DNA from: Gammaproteobacteria bacterium | Lineage (GTDB): Bacteria > Pseudomonadota > Gammaproteobacteria > Eutrophobiales > Eutrophobiaceae | Assembly (NCBI GenBank): GCA_963422205.2 | Contig: CAXMWX010000005.1 | Span: 1-64,000 of the forward strand | Reading direction: 5' to 3' | DNA: 64,000 nucleotides | Part shown: positions 50,890-60,920 of the stretch, one piece after another | Numbering within the stretch: position 1 is the first letter of the stretch | Layout of the letters: each line of letters begins with the position of its first letter | The notes under the pieces: generated by a model | Seen by the model: only the letters and a program-made list of their open reading frames with translations | Told to the model about the DNA's origin: nothing | The model's database searches: none | Position numbers and translations under genes: made by a program

Positions 50890-52905
50890 CTATGTGCTGA
50901 TCTCGGCCGCTGCGCTGGGGGTATTGGCCGATTCGTTTTCTGCTAACCAAAATTCAAGCAGGCCAGGCAAATCGATGATCATCGCCACGGTACCATCCCC
51001 CAGGATAGTCGCCCCGGCCAGGCTTTCAATCTGACGAAAATTCGTACGCAGGCTTTTAATCACAACCTGCTGCTGGCCTAATATGTCATCCACCAGCAGG
51101 CCGATGCGCCGCCCGGCATCCATGATGACCAGCAAGCCGTCGTCCAGTGCGGTATTGGCACCTTGAACACCGAAGACCTCATGCAGGCGAATGACCGGGA
51201 TATACCCATCCCGGTAGCGATATACCTCATATTTGCCCGCCACAGCGCTCACCAGGCTACTGTCAATCTGGGTGGATTCGATGATCGATAACAGCGAGAT
51301 GACAAAAATATCCTCACCCACCCGGATCAGCTGACCATCCATGATGGCCAGCGTCAGCGGCAAATATAGGCTGAACGTGGTGCCGATGCCTTTTTGCGAT
51401 GCCACTTTGACATTACCGCCCAGCTCCACGATGTTGCTTCTGACCACATCGGCGCCCACACCCCGCCCGGATACGCCACTGATCTCGTTCGCCGTGGAGA
51501 AGCCGGGCAGGAAGATCAGGTTGTGAATCTGGCTTTCCGTCAACTCATCGCTGACGTTAATCAGGTCTTTCTCAATCGCCTTTCTCCGGATCGCCTCCGG
51601 GTCAATACCGGCCCCATCATCACGGATCTGTACCACGATATTGCCGCCCTCATGATAGGACTCCAGCGCAATCACGCCGACCTTCTCCTTCCCCGCCGCT
51701 TCACGTTCAGCCGGGGTTTCAATGCCATGATCCAGCGCATTGCGAATCAAATGCACCAGCGGGTCGCCGATCTTCTCCAGTACGGTCTTGTCAATTTCGG
51801 TGGCGTTGCCCGACAGTTTGAGCTCGACCTGTTTGCCCAGCGAGCGGCTCAAATCATGCACCAGCCTCGGCAGGCGCTGAAAGACAAAGTCAATCGGCAA
51901 CATCCTGATGTTTAAGGTTTGCTCCTGCAAATCACGGGTATTACGCTCCAGCTGTTCCACGCTTTGCTTGAGTTTTTCCCGATCAACAGGGCGGCGATTC
52001 GTACTGGCAAACCGGCTCAGCATGGAGACCGTGATCACCAACTCACCCACCAGATTGACCAGATTATCGACTTTCTCCGTGTTCACCCGGATAGAGTTGC
52101 TTTCCTGGCCGGGGAGCTGTCCGCCCGAAGCCGCACTGGTCGGGAGCTGCATATCATCCGCCCGGCGGCCACCGGTACGACCCCCGGCACGACGATCAGC
52201 ATGCTGCCTGCGCTCGCCGCCCAGCTCGATATGCAGCTCACAATCCTCATCCACCCATTCAAACATCTCTTCGATATCGCCCCTCGCAACATCGGCAGAG
52301 AACTGGATATGCCAGCTAAGGTAACACAACTCCGGGTCCATGCCTTGCAGCGGCGGCAGCCGGTCAAGCTGTCCGCTGATCTGCATCTCGCCCAACTCGG
52401 CCAACTCACGAAACAAACGATAGGGATCGTTGCCCGTTTTTAGAAAATAATCATGGGGATGGAAATAAATATGCCAGCTGGGGGTTGGCTGTTGTGTGGC
52501 CTCGCTTTGGGTGGCTGCTGGCAGTGCAATCAGCTTCTGCCTGATCCCGGCCACCTTGTCTTTGTCAATGTCCTGGCCGGATTTCGACTGGGCAATCATG
52601 TAGCGAAGGCAATCCACAGACTCCAGCACGGCATCCACCATCAGCCGGGTCAGCGCCCGCTTTTGCTCCCGCACCTCATCAAAACAGGTCTCAACCACGT
52701 GGGTAAAATCGGCGATGTCGCTGAAACCAAAGGTGCCGGCACCGCCTTTGATCGAATGTGCCGCACGAAACACCGTATTGATCACCTCCGGTTCGGGACG
52801 GGCAATGTCGAGACTCAGCAGATTGGCCTCCATCACTTCCAGGTTTTCTATGCTCTCCTCAAAGAAAATGTCATGGAACTGCGACATATTCAGGTCTAGC
52901 GCCAT
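50890..52905 (-). CDS. cheA: Chemotaxis histidine kinase CheA
   Basis: FRAAHSIKGGA, SIRV..EKVD.LVNLVGELVI, HLIRNALDHG, SGRGVG and GATILGDG motifs. Confidence 0.97.
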   Translation of the reverse strand: MALDLNMSQFHDIFFEESIENLEVMEANLLSLDIARPEPEVINTVFRAAHSIKGGAGTFGFSDIADFTHVVETCFDEVREQKRALTRLMVDAVLESVDCLRYMIAQSKSGQDIDKDKVAGIRQKLIALPAATQSEATQQPTPSWHIYFHPHDYFLKTGNDPYRLFRELAELGEMQISGQLDRLPPLQGMDPELCYLSWHIQFSADVARGDIEEMFEWVDEDCELHIELGGERRQHADRRAGGRTGGRRADDMQLPTSAASGGQLPGQESNSIRVNTEKVDNLVNLVGELVITVSMLSRFASTNRRPVDREKLKQSVEQLERNTRDLQEQTLNIRMLPIDFVFQRLPRLVHDLSRSLGKQVELKLSGNATEIDKTVLEKIGDPLVHLIRNALDHGIETPAEREAAGKEKVGVIALESYHEGGNIVVQIRDDGAGIDPEAIRRKAIEKDLINVSDELTESQIHNLIFLPGFSTANEISGVSGRGVGADVVRSNIVELGGNVKVASQKGIGTTFSLYLPLTLAIMDGQLIRVGEDIFVISLLSIIESTQIDSSLVSAVAGKYEVYRYRDGYIPVIRLHEVFGVQGANTALDDGLLVIMDAGRRIGLLVDDILGQQQVVIKSLRTNFRQIESLAGATILGDGTVAMIIDLPGLLEFWLAENESANTPSAAAEIST

Positions 52906-52967
52906 GGCCTTAAATCCCCCGATTCCGCCGCATGCGTTATACCATCAACCGTGGCTGCCTGCTGACA

Positions 52968-53345
52968 TCACAAAACCCGTCGTATGGTCTTGAGCAAGGT
53001 ATCCGGATCGAAGGGTTTGACAATCCAGCCAGTCGCACCGGCCGCCTTACCCTGCTGCTTCTTGTCATCGGCAGATTCTGTGGTCAGAGTCAAGATAGGC
53101 GTGAACCGGTAGTTCGACAGCTGTCTGAGCTCTTTGATAAGCGTGATCCCGTCCATATTCGGCATGTTGATGTCTGTCACCACCAGGGCAACATCATTGT
53201 CCTGGGCAAATGCCAGGGCATCCACCCCATCCATACTTTCATGCACCTCATAATGGGCGGCTTTCAAGGTGAAACTGACCATCTCTCTCATGGAAGCCGA
53301 ATCATCGACCAGCAGGATCCGTGTCGGTTTGGGTGTCTCTGTCAT
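52968..53345 (-). CDS. cheY: Chemotaxis response regulator CheY
   Basis: VDDSASMR, TDINMPNMDG, LTTES and GATGWIVKPF motifs. Confidence 0.93.
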   Translation of the reverse strand: MTETPKPTRILLVDDSASMREMVSFTLKAAHYEVHESMDGVDALAFAQDNDVALVVTDINMPNMDGITLIKELRQLSNYRFTPILTLTTESADDKKQQGKAAGATGWIVKPFDPDTLLKTIRRVL

Positions 53346-53708
53346 TATTAATTTTTTATCTGAAAGGTTTCTTAACTTTAATCAATAACCTGGCTTTCGT
53401 CCACAGTAAAACGGCGGCATAAAATCACTGCCTGAAGTTGGTAAATGACTCAAAATATTGCCTTTAAGCCATGAAATACTAAAGTATTATCGACAAGCAT
53501 GTTGCCGCAGTATTACAATAACATCATAAGGTATGGTCGCAGATAACCCTGTGGGTAGTGATGAGCTGTCTGGCACAGCCCGTTATTGACAGTACAATAA
53601 ACGCAATAAATGCTATATTTTACAGATATTTATACGAATCCCAAAGAATGCAGTGCGCCCGCATCAGCGGCTTTGCGTTTCTTAACGGTAAATTAGAGAA
53701 GTCAATCA

Positions 53709-54086
53709 ATGCCAAAGACCGTGTTAGTGGTGGATGATTCGAAATCAGTCCGTGCTGTGATAGGCGCCACATTAAAAATGGCCGGCTATAATCTGATATT
53801 AGCCGAAGATGGCCTGCAAGCGATGGATTTGCTGTCCTCACCAGAGACCCCCCCGATCGATCTGATCATTACCGATGTCAACATGCCCAACATGGATGGC
53901 CTGACCTTAATCAAGGAGGTGAAAAAACTGGCCGGGTACTTCAAAACCCCGATTTGTGTGCTCACCACCGAAACCGAGCAAAGCAAACTGCAACAGGATA
54001 TTGGTCATCTGAACGATGCCTGGATCACCAAGCCGGTGCAACCTGCCCATGTGTTAAACGTGGTCGGCGAGTTGTTGTCGAGCTGA
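53709..54086 (+). CDS. CheY-like single-domain response regulator (divergently transcribed paralogue)
   Basis: VVDDSKSVR, TDVNMPNMDG, LTTE and WITKP motifs. Confidence 0.9.
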   Translation: MPKTVLVVDDSKSVRAVIGATLKMAGYNLILAEDGLQAMDLLSSPETPPIDLIITDVNMPNMDGLTLIKEVKKLAGYFKTPICVLTTETEQSKLQQDIGHLNDAWITKPVQPAHVLNVVGELLSS

Positions 54087-54135
54087 ACTGCTACGACAAG
54101 CCTGGCTGTAACATCCACCGAGCCGACATAGAAAA

Positions 54136-56106
54136 ATGGCAGCAGCAGAACAGCAAGCATCTGAGGTGAATTGCCAATCCATACTGGCTATAGATGATGA
54201 TCCTGACTTCATCACCCTGCTGAAAATTATCTTTCAGAAGCTCACCCCGGGCGCCAGATTCTACAGCTATGATCCAGAGAAAAAAGGACGGCCGGACAGC
54301 AATTTCAACTGGTCGAAATATGATCTGATCCTGCTCGATTATGACCTGGGCGATGGCGAGAAAGGGTTGGACTGGCTGCGGCGTTACAAAACCTCGGAAG
54401 AATTCCCCACCACCGTCATGCTGACCGCCCAGGGGGATGAGGAAATTGCCGTCCAGGCGATGCGTTTTGGGCTGGAAGATTACATCAACAAACAGAAGCT
54501 CTCGTTTGACCGGCTCTCCCAGGCGGTCAAAAACGCCATGGCGAGAAAACAAAAGCAAAAAAAGCTCGCCAATACGTTAAGCATGCAGGCCAGCCTGTTT
54601 GACAAGGCCAGCTTTTATAAAAAGCTGCGTGATGAGCTGAAGACCCTTGATGAGGATCAGGACAAGCATGCGTTTATTTTGCAGATCAGCATTGATGATT
54701 ATGACGGGCTGTATGAAAAACACGGCATCCTCGCCATAGACAACCTGTGTTCCAATATGGCCGGCAAGATTGCCAAGGCCCTCACCAGCAGCAAATTTGT
54801 CGTCAATATCACCCGTCTGGATGATTCTCTCATTGGCTGCCTCATCACCGAACATGCGGATGAGAATGGGGGGGAGAGAATTGGTCGGGCGATTTGCAAG
54901 CTGATAGATAACTACGCCTACACCATAAAAGATGCGAAGCTGACTTCAACGGTCAGCATCGGCATCATGAATATCAGCCGCTCGACAGCGAAACCGGATA
55001 CCCTGCTCAATCAGGTGAACAAAGCCTGTCAGAAGGCGGGCAAGAAGGCGGGAAACAGCATCGTGCTGATCAGGCAGGCCGGGAAGAAGGCCGAGACAGC
55101 ACAAGCCGCCGTCAAAACAGATCACGCTGCTGCCAGAACAAATATTGTGATACTGGATTTGGATGAGGGCGTATCCGCACAGGCGCTGGATACCGCACAG
55201 AAAAGTACGCCCCAGGAACAGCCGGCCGGGCAGGCAGCCGATAAACCGGCAAGCAAACGCAGGCCAGCGGCTAAAAAAACTGCCCGTAAAGAGACAACGA
55301 CAGCAAAGCCGCCGGCACCGGATGAGGCGGATGAGGCGATGGCAGCAGAAGCGCCAAAATATGATCTCCATGCCGCCGTTGGGCAGAATCGCATACAAAC
55401 CTACTACCAGCCATTTGTCGCCCTGTCAGAAAGTGCCAATATGTTTGATGCGGAATTTTTTCAATTAACGATCAATATTGTCGATCCTGACGGTGCACTC
55501 ATCAGCCAGCAAGCCATGATGGAGAGAGAGATTGAACCCGGTGGATTAGTCCTGCTTGATCGCTGGATGATCAGGCACGGTCTCGGCCAGTTAATGCTGA
55601 ATAAAAAAGAAAATGAGCAGGAATGCGGCCTGTTTATGCGGCTCTCGGCGGACTCCTTTACCAACAATGATTTGTTTGACTGGATGGTGAAGCTGATTGT
55701 CAGAACCAAAACCTCCAGCATCACGTCCAAGATGGTGTTTGAAATCAGCCCGCCTGAATTTCTGTCCAATAAAAAAATCATGCAGGACTTTATCAACAAG
55801 ATGCGCGATACCTGGGGCATTGCGTTTTCATTATATGATGTCGTCAATCCGGCGGTGCTGGAGACCTGCGTTAAGCAAGCGGGTTTTGAATTTGCAAAAG
55901 TCAACTTAAACAAGGCATCGGTGGATGATATCAGGCCGGTGGTGGAATCGGCCCGCAGACTCGGCACCTTGACCGTGATTGAAAACATCCAGGATGCCGA
56001 ACAATTAAACCAGTCGGTGGTCATCGGTTGCGACTATGCCCATGGCGATTTTATCCAGCCACGACAAGATGCCCTCATCTCCTCTAACGATGCCATAGAG
56101 CTTTAA
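54136..56106 (+). CDS. REC-GGDEF-EAL protein with degenerate catalytic motifs (FimX-like)
   Basis: REC LLDYDLG; the GGDEF position reads RLDDSLI; YYQP is followed by FFQLT instead of EAL; C-terminal DYAHGDFI. Confidence 0.82.
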   Translation: MAAAEQQASEVNCQSILAIDDDPDFITLLKIIFQKLTPGARFYSYDPEKKGRPDSNFNWSKYDLILLDYDLGDGEKGLDWLRRYKTSEEFPTTVMLTAQGDEEIAVQAMRFGLEDYINKQKLSFDRLSQAVKNAMARKQKQKKLANTLSMQASLFDKASFYKKLRDELKTLDEDQDKHAFILQISIDDYDGLYEKHGILAIDNLCSNMAGKIAKALTSSKFVVNITRLDDSLIGCLITEHADENGGERIGRAICKLIDNYAYTIKDAKLTSTVSIGIMNISRSTAKPDTLLNQVNKACQKAGKKAGNSIVLIRQAGKKAETAQAAVKTDHAAARTNIVILDLDEGVSAQALDTAQKSTPQEQPAGQAADKPASKRRPAAKKTARKETTTAKPPAPDEADEAMAAEAPKYDLHAAVGQNRIQTYYQPFVALSESANMFDAEFFQLTINIVDPDGALISQQAMMEREIEPGGLVLLDRWMIRHGLGQLMLNKKENEQECGLFMRLSADSFTNNDLFDWMVKLIVRTKTSSITSKMVFEISPPEFLSNKKIMQDFINKMRDTWGIAFSLYDVVNPAVLETCVKQAGFEFAKVNLNKASVDDIRPVVESARRLGTLTVIENIQDAEQLNQSVVIGCDYAHGDFIQPRQDALISSNDAIEL

Positions 56107-56174
56107 CAAACCGCACGGCAGCGGCTGGTTCAGCAGCAGAGCTAACCCCTGTCTGGTATATATTTTTAATCAGC

Positions 56175-57341
56175 ATGAATAAAATCCGCGTGCTTGCCAT
56201 CTGTCTGCTGGCAACCTTAATCATGTCCGGCCTGGTGACCACCATCGGTTTATTAACCGCCTCGGCGGCGGCCTATTATGGGGTTGAGGTAACGCAGATC
56301 GCCGCCCGGTTTTCCTGGTTCATCGGTGGCGTTTTTGCCGGTTATATCGGCTCGTTTTTCGTGTTTGATCATTTCCGAATGAAGACGATCATTATCAGTT
56401 GCTACGCGCTCACTGCGCTTGCCATTTTAAGTATACATTACGTTAAGCTGTATGCCCTGCTGCCTTGCCTGCTGCTGCTGATCGGCATCACTGCAAGCAT
56501 CTGTGCCTGTGCCGGCAGCACCTTAATCACACGGCTATGTCAGGGAAAACAAAGGCAGTCTGTGCTGGTTGCACAGGATGCGATGTTCAATGGTGGCGGG
56601 GTCGTGTTTGCTTACACCGCCACAATGTTTATCAGCGCAGAATATAAATGGAGTGCCAGCTATATGGTGGTGGCCGGAATATGTCTGTTCGTTTTATTGC
56701 TGGCATTATGCTCATCGTTCAGCATGCGAGCTGACAATCAACCGACCGCAGATCAACCCGAAGAAAAAACGGAATGGAATGCCAGCTTCATCGGCATGGG
56801 ATTAAGTTTAGCGCTTTTTTTGCTGGCAAAAATAGCCATCTTTGTCTGGCTACCACAATTTGTAGAACAGAAATTTGCCGTCAGTAACGCCAGCGCCGGG
56901 CAATTAATGTCCAACATTTTTATCTCGGCCTTTGTCGGCTCATTGCTGGGCACTTATCTCGTCTCCCAAATCAACGTCAAGTATCTGCTCTACAGCCTGG
57001 TCATACTCGCTGCAATCAGCATCTCGCTAATCAGCAACGCTGATAATTTCACGATTGTTTACGCATCAGGTTTTGCCTTTGGTCTATCCATATCAGCGAC
57101 CTACAACTCGTATGTCGCCTTCGCCCTGACCTTCATACAGTACCCGAATCACAGACATATCGCTTACCTGTTTCTGGCCGGGGGCTTGGGTTCAGCACTG
57201 GCCCCGGTGTTGAGCAGTCAGTTTGTTGAGATGACCGGCAAGGTGGATGGGGCAATGTATCTATGCGTTGCCGTGTTTGTGATCTGCTTTATTACCTTGA
57301 TCTTCAGCAATGCAGCAGGCAAGAGACAAATAGCCGCCTGA
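56175..57341 (+). CDS. tsgA: MFS transporter, TsgA-like
   Basis: 12-TM hydrophobic pattern; N-terminus NKIRVLAI..A..I.SGLV..GL....A.YY resembles TsgA. Confidence 0.6.
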   Translation: MNKIRVLAICLLATLIMSGLVTTIGLLTASAAAYYGVEVTQIAARFSWFIGGVFAGYIGSFFVFDHFRMKTIIISCYALTALAILSIHYVKLYALLPCLLLLIGITASICACAGSTLITRLCQGKQRQSVLVAQDAMFNGGGVVFAYTATMFISAEYKWSASYMVVAGICLFVLLLALCSSFSMRADNQPTADQPEEKTEWNASFIGMGLSLALFLLAKIAIFVWLPQFVEQKFAVSNASAGQLMSNIFISAFVGSLLGTYLVSQINVKYLLYSLVILAAISISLISNADNFTIVYASGFAFGLSISATYNSYVAFALTFIQYPNHRHIAYLFLAGGLGSALAPVLSSQFVEMTGKVDGAMYLCVAVFVICFITLIFSNAAGKRQIAA

Positions 57342-57475
57342 CTTATAAGATCGTGAGCAGGCGATAACATGGATACCGATCTCTGGGGACGCCGATCTCT
57401 TTACAACAGATCAAAAGCCGGGAGGCAGCATAAGGCCTGCCATCATCACGGCTTATCTGCGTTGATCAGCACATG

Positions 57476-58476
57476 TTACTTCAGCGGTATGTACAGTGCG
57501 GTGATAACATCATTGGTGGATGCCACCTGATTGGGATCATTTTCATACACTTCCAATGCGGCCTGCGATGAATCTACTTTGTATTTTCGTATGTGTATAT
57601 GGCTGTAGGCCACATGCCAGGCCAGTTCGAGAAACTCATAACTGCCCTGCAATACGACTTTTAGAAAACGTCCGGCGGCGGCCTCCTTAAATACATACTC
57701 ACCGGCCGGGATATCCGCCTCTGTCGGCACGGCCAGGTCACACTGAAACCGATCCGCTTTCAAATTCACCTTGTGATAGATGCTCATGGGATAGCCGCTG
57801 ATGCTGGCATCACGGCTCGCCAGGTAGGCCATTAATTCAGGGAAGCCCGCCCGCATGGCAGATACCATATCTCGGTCATGCTGCCGACAAATTCCTGACA
57901 AAGACAGCGTTGTGCTGCCAGCCGGGTCTCACCGCCAAAGGTTATCTGCGGATGTTCTGCTGTCGGGTCTATAACGCCGCCCAGCCGGGCGAGACCAAAG
58001 GCGTAATCCTTGCTTATCATGGCGATCACCCTCCTCGTCATGAAGCGAAGAAAAAACGGCATCTTCCCGCTGATGCTCCAGCTGATCCTGGTTTGACCAT
58101 CCTGTGCCTCGATCGCAAACACCACATCACCAGCCAACCTGAAAGGACGCATAAATTCGATCCGCTGTTGTATACGATGAGGACGTTCCAGGCGGACATG
58201 GCTGATTCGGCCCGCGCCCAGATAGTTGCCATCCCAGCTATAGTGACCGCCCTCCTCATCGCAGTTATCACTGTAGTTCAGCAGCGTACCCGGCTCATGC
58301 AGCAGCCACGGGCTCCAGTCCGACCAGCTCTTGAAATCACGGAGCTTGTCAAACGCCGTGTTGATATCAGTATTGATGCGCCGGGATTGCGTGACGCTGT
58401 AGCTGCCATCCAGCATCGACAGCCAGATAAGCACAGCCGCTATAACGGCCAATATCACAAGGCTAACAGTCAACAT
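57476..58476 (-). pseudogene. SRPBCC + GyrI-like domain protein split by a frameshift near 57870
   Basis: 5' ORF has W..WSPW..EP, YSWDG..GAG and MISKDY..GL; 3' ORF has GYPMSIYH...GSYEFL..AW...EVYENDP (GyrI-like). A one-base phase shift at ...accgagatatggta joins the two. Confidence 0.72.
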
Positions 58477-58560
58477 AAAACAACACCTCTTAACTCTTCA
58501 TGTTCAATCGGTTCAGCACAACGCCATGCGGTGTCTTCGCTCACCGGCCATGGCATACGA

Positions 58561-59751
58561 TTATATCAGCATCGCCCGAAGCCGGGCAAAATCCTGATGG
58601 CGACTGGCAATATCATCACGCACCGCGGCCAGGCGCAAATCACGCAGCCTCTCCAGCGAGTTCAGCAATACCGGTAATGGCGGGCCGCTAGCCGTGATAT
58701 GTATCAAGCCCTGTTCAGGCAATTCCTCGGCCATCCGGGTGATGAATTTATCCACCAGTTGATCATGATGCTGGGCGGCTGTTTTACCATAGGTATCACA
58801 CACGGCTAAAAAGGCACGCAGATTTTTTTGATACCAGCTTCGCTGTGTCTCCTGCTTCGGCACCTCCAGAAACAGATTCAAAAAACTTTTGCGCCGCATC
58901 GTATCTTTCAGCAGCGCTTGTTCCTCCGGCAGCATAAAGAGAAATTTATCAATGAGAATCTGCGAATAAGAAGAGTTATCTGCACTGCATACGCCCAATA
59001 GCAGATCGATAATATTGATACCGGCAAAATCACCTGCATTTGCCCCCCGGTAGACGTTCGGACCAACCCGGTACGGCTTGTAGTAAGGACGCACACAATA
59101 AAAAAAACGGCGAGGATCAAGCTCAGTAAACAACACCGTGTTAAACCGGATCACATCCTCCAGTGCGTGTCTGGCATCATGAAATAAATGATACGCCAGG
59201 GGATGCGATATGCCCAAGGGCAACACCCGGCGCAGCACATCGGCCGCCCGCTGATAGGCAAACACCCCCAGGGTATTGTAATCCAGAAAGAGCCGCTCAT
59301 CCGGCAAGGAGGTAAACGTGCGATATTCACCGGCAACCGCCGGATTATGCGTTGAAAGATGGCTGGTCGCAAAACGTGGCGAGACTCCCAAGGTGGTGGC
59401 CAGATGCAAGGCCAGGGCGGACGCCTCTACCAGGGGCGAGGTCGTCTCATGCGCCGGATCGGTGATCTCATGCCGACGGCAGGCCGCCATAAACAAGCCA
59501 ACACAGCCCAGCAGATTATACGCGTTTTCAGCGCCCTCATCGGTGTTGCCCTCATGCAGCAGGGCGGTGATCAGCCGGTTCCCCTCAGCAACTAATTGCT
59601 GTTTAATGTCATCGCCCTTCTCTGCCACCACGAACCGTTGCTCACTGGCAAAGTACAGCGCCTCCAACTCCGTATTGATATGCCGGAAGCGACCACGTAT
59701 CCAGGCATCAAAAGCCGCCACATTTTTTGTCGTACTCACAGCATAACCCAC
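58561..59751 (-). CDS. PrnB-like (DUF1864) haem-dependent protein, tryptophan dioxygenase superfamily
   Basis: FDAWIR.RF...N.ELE.LY, LGCVGLFMAACRRHE, FFYCVRPYYKPYRVG...YRGANAGD and ITASGPPL motifs. The start may be GTG 59739. Confidence 0.75.
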   Translation of the reverse strand: MGYAVSTTKNVAAFDAWIRGRFRHINTELEALYFASEQRFVVAEKGDDIKQQLVAEGNRLITALLHEGNTDEGAENAYNLLGCVGLFMAACRRHEITDPAHETTSPLVEASALALHLATTLGVSPRFATSHLSTHNPAVAGEYRTFTSLPDERLFLDYNTLGVFAYQRAADVLRRVLPLGISHPLAYHLFHDARHALEDVIRFNTVLFTELDPRRFFYCVRPYYKPYRVGPNVYRGANAGDFAGINIIDLLLGVCSADNSSYSQILIDKFLFMLPEEQALLKDTMRRKSFLNLFLEVPKQETQRSWYQKNLRAFLAVCDTYGKTAAQHHDQLVDKFITRMAEELPEQGLIHITASGPPLPVLLNSLERLRDLRLAAVRDDIASRHQDFARLRAMLI

Positions 59752-59888
59752 AGCATGAACGTGTGTCGCTCTCCCCTGGTATCAGCGATCACAGTATGAC
59801 AGAAACGTAAAATCGACGAGGAATTATTTGCTATCCCGCTGCTTTATGCACATAATGAACAGGTTATTATCACATAAGGTTTACCATT

Positions 59889-60761
59889 ATGAAGTTTATC
59901 ACTATGAAATACATCGGCATCATCTTGTTCCCTGCTCTGTTGATGTTCTGCTCGATCAGCAGCGCACAGGCGGCTGAACATACCGCCGACATGGACAAGG
60001 TGTTAGCGGCACAATCGGATAAAACAAAATCCCGCTATGACGACAGAAACCCGAAAGAAACCCTGACATTCTTCGGCATCAAGCCGGGCATGACCGTGGT
60101 GGAAGTGTTACCCGGCGGCGGCTGGTACAGCAAAATCCTCATCCCTTACCTTGGTCCTGAGGGCAGGTTGATAGGTGCTGATTACGCCTACGACATGCTG
60201 CCCAAATTCGGCTTCTACAGCGCCGAAGCACTGGATAAGAGAAAAATCTGGGCCAGCACCTGGCCGGCTGAAGCCAGAACCTGGTACGGTAAGGAGGGTG
60301 CCACAGTCGCCGCTTTTGTGCTGGGCTCCCTGCCAGCTGACATGAAAGGTCAGGCTGATGTGGTGTTGTTCATTCGTGCCTTGCATAACCTGAACCGGTT
60401 TGAGCCCGATGGGGCTTACCTAACAACCGCATTAAAAGAAGCCTATGCGGCCCTCAAGCCCGGCGGTATCCTGGGCGTGGTGCAACATGAGGCCAGAGAA
60501 GACATGCCGGACGACTGGGCACAAGGCAGCAAGGGCTACCTGAAAAAAAGCCAGGTTATAGATAAAGTGACAAAGGCCGGTTTTGAATTGGTTGGTGAAA
60601 GCGAGATCAACCAGAACCCTGAGGATCAACCGACGACAGATGACAAAGTATGGCGGTTGCCGCCGGCCTATGCTACCAGTCGTGAGGATGCCGCACTGCG
60701 TGAGCAGTTTGCCGCTATCGGTGAATCCAACCGCATGACCTTAAAGTTTCGTAAGCCGTAA
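59889..60761 (+). CDS. Exported class I SAM-dependent methyltransferase-like protein
   Basis: RNPKETLTFFGIKPGMTVVEVLPGGGWY, LKPGG.LGVV.H and IGESNRMTLKF motifs. Confidence 0.85.
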   Translation: MKFITMKYIGIILFPALLMFCSISSAQAAEHTADMDKVLAAQSDKTKSRYDDRNPKETLTFFGIKPGMTVVEVLPGGGWYSKILIPYLGPEGRLIGADYAYDMLPKFGFYSAEALDKRKIWASTWPAEARTWYGKEGATVAAFVLGSLPADMKGQADVVLFIRALHNLNRFEPDGAYLTTALKEAYAALKPGGILGVVQHEAREDMPDDWAQGSKGYLKKSQVIDKVTKAGFELVGESEINQNPEDQPTTDDKVWRLPPAYATSREDAALREQFAAIGESNRMTLKFRKP

Positions 60762-60920
60762 AAATAAGGATATCCCGCACACGGCTGATCTGCCCGATGA
60801 CGCGCTGCCAGTGATGTTGCTGGATTGGGCAGTATACTCAGTCATACGCACAGGATGACAAGGAAGTCATTGCGTGGATGGATATACAGATGGATGCAGG
60901 ATTATTGGCCGTCAATTCAA

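Noticed and set aside
53346-53708. Sigma28 or sigma70 promoters in the divergent che intergenic region
   Set aside because: GTCGATAA (minus strand) and TTGACA/TATATT (plus strand) are present, but spacing to partner boxes is non-canonical.
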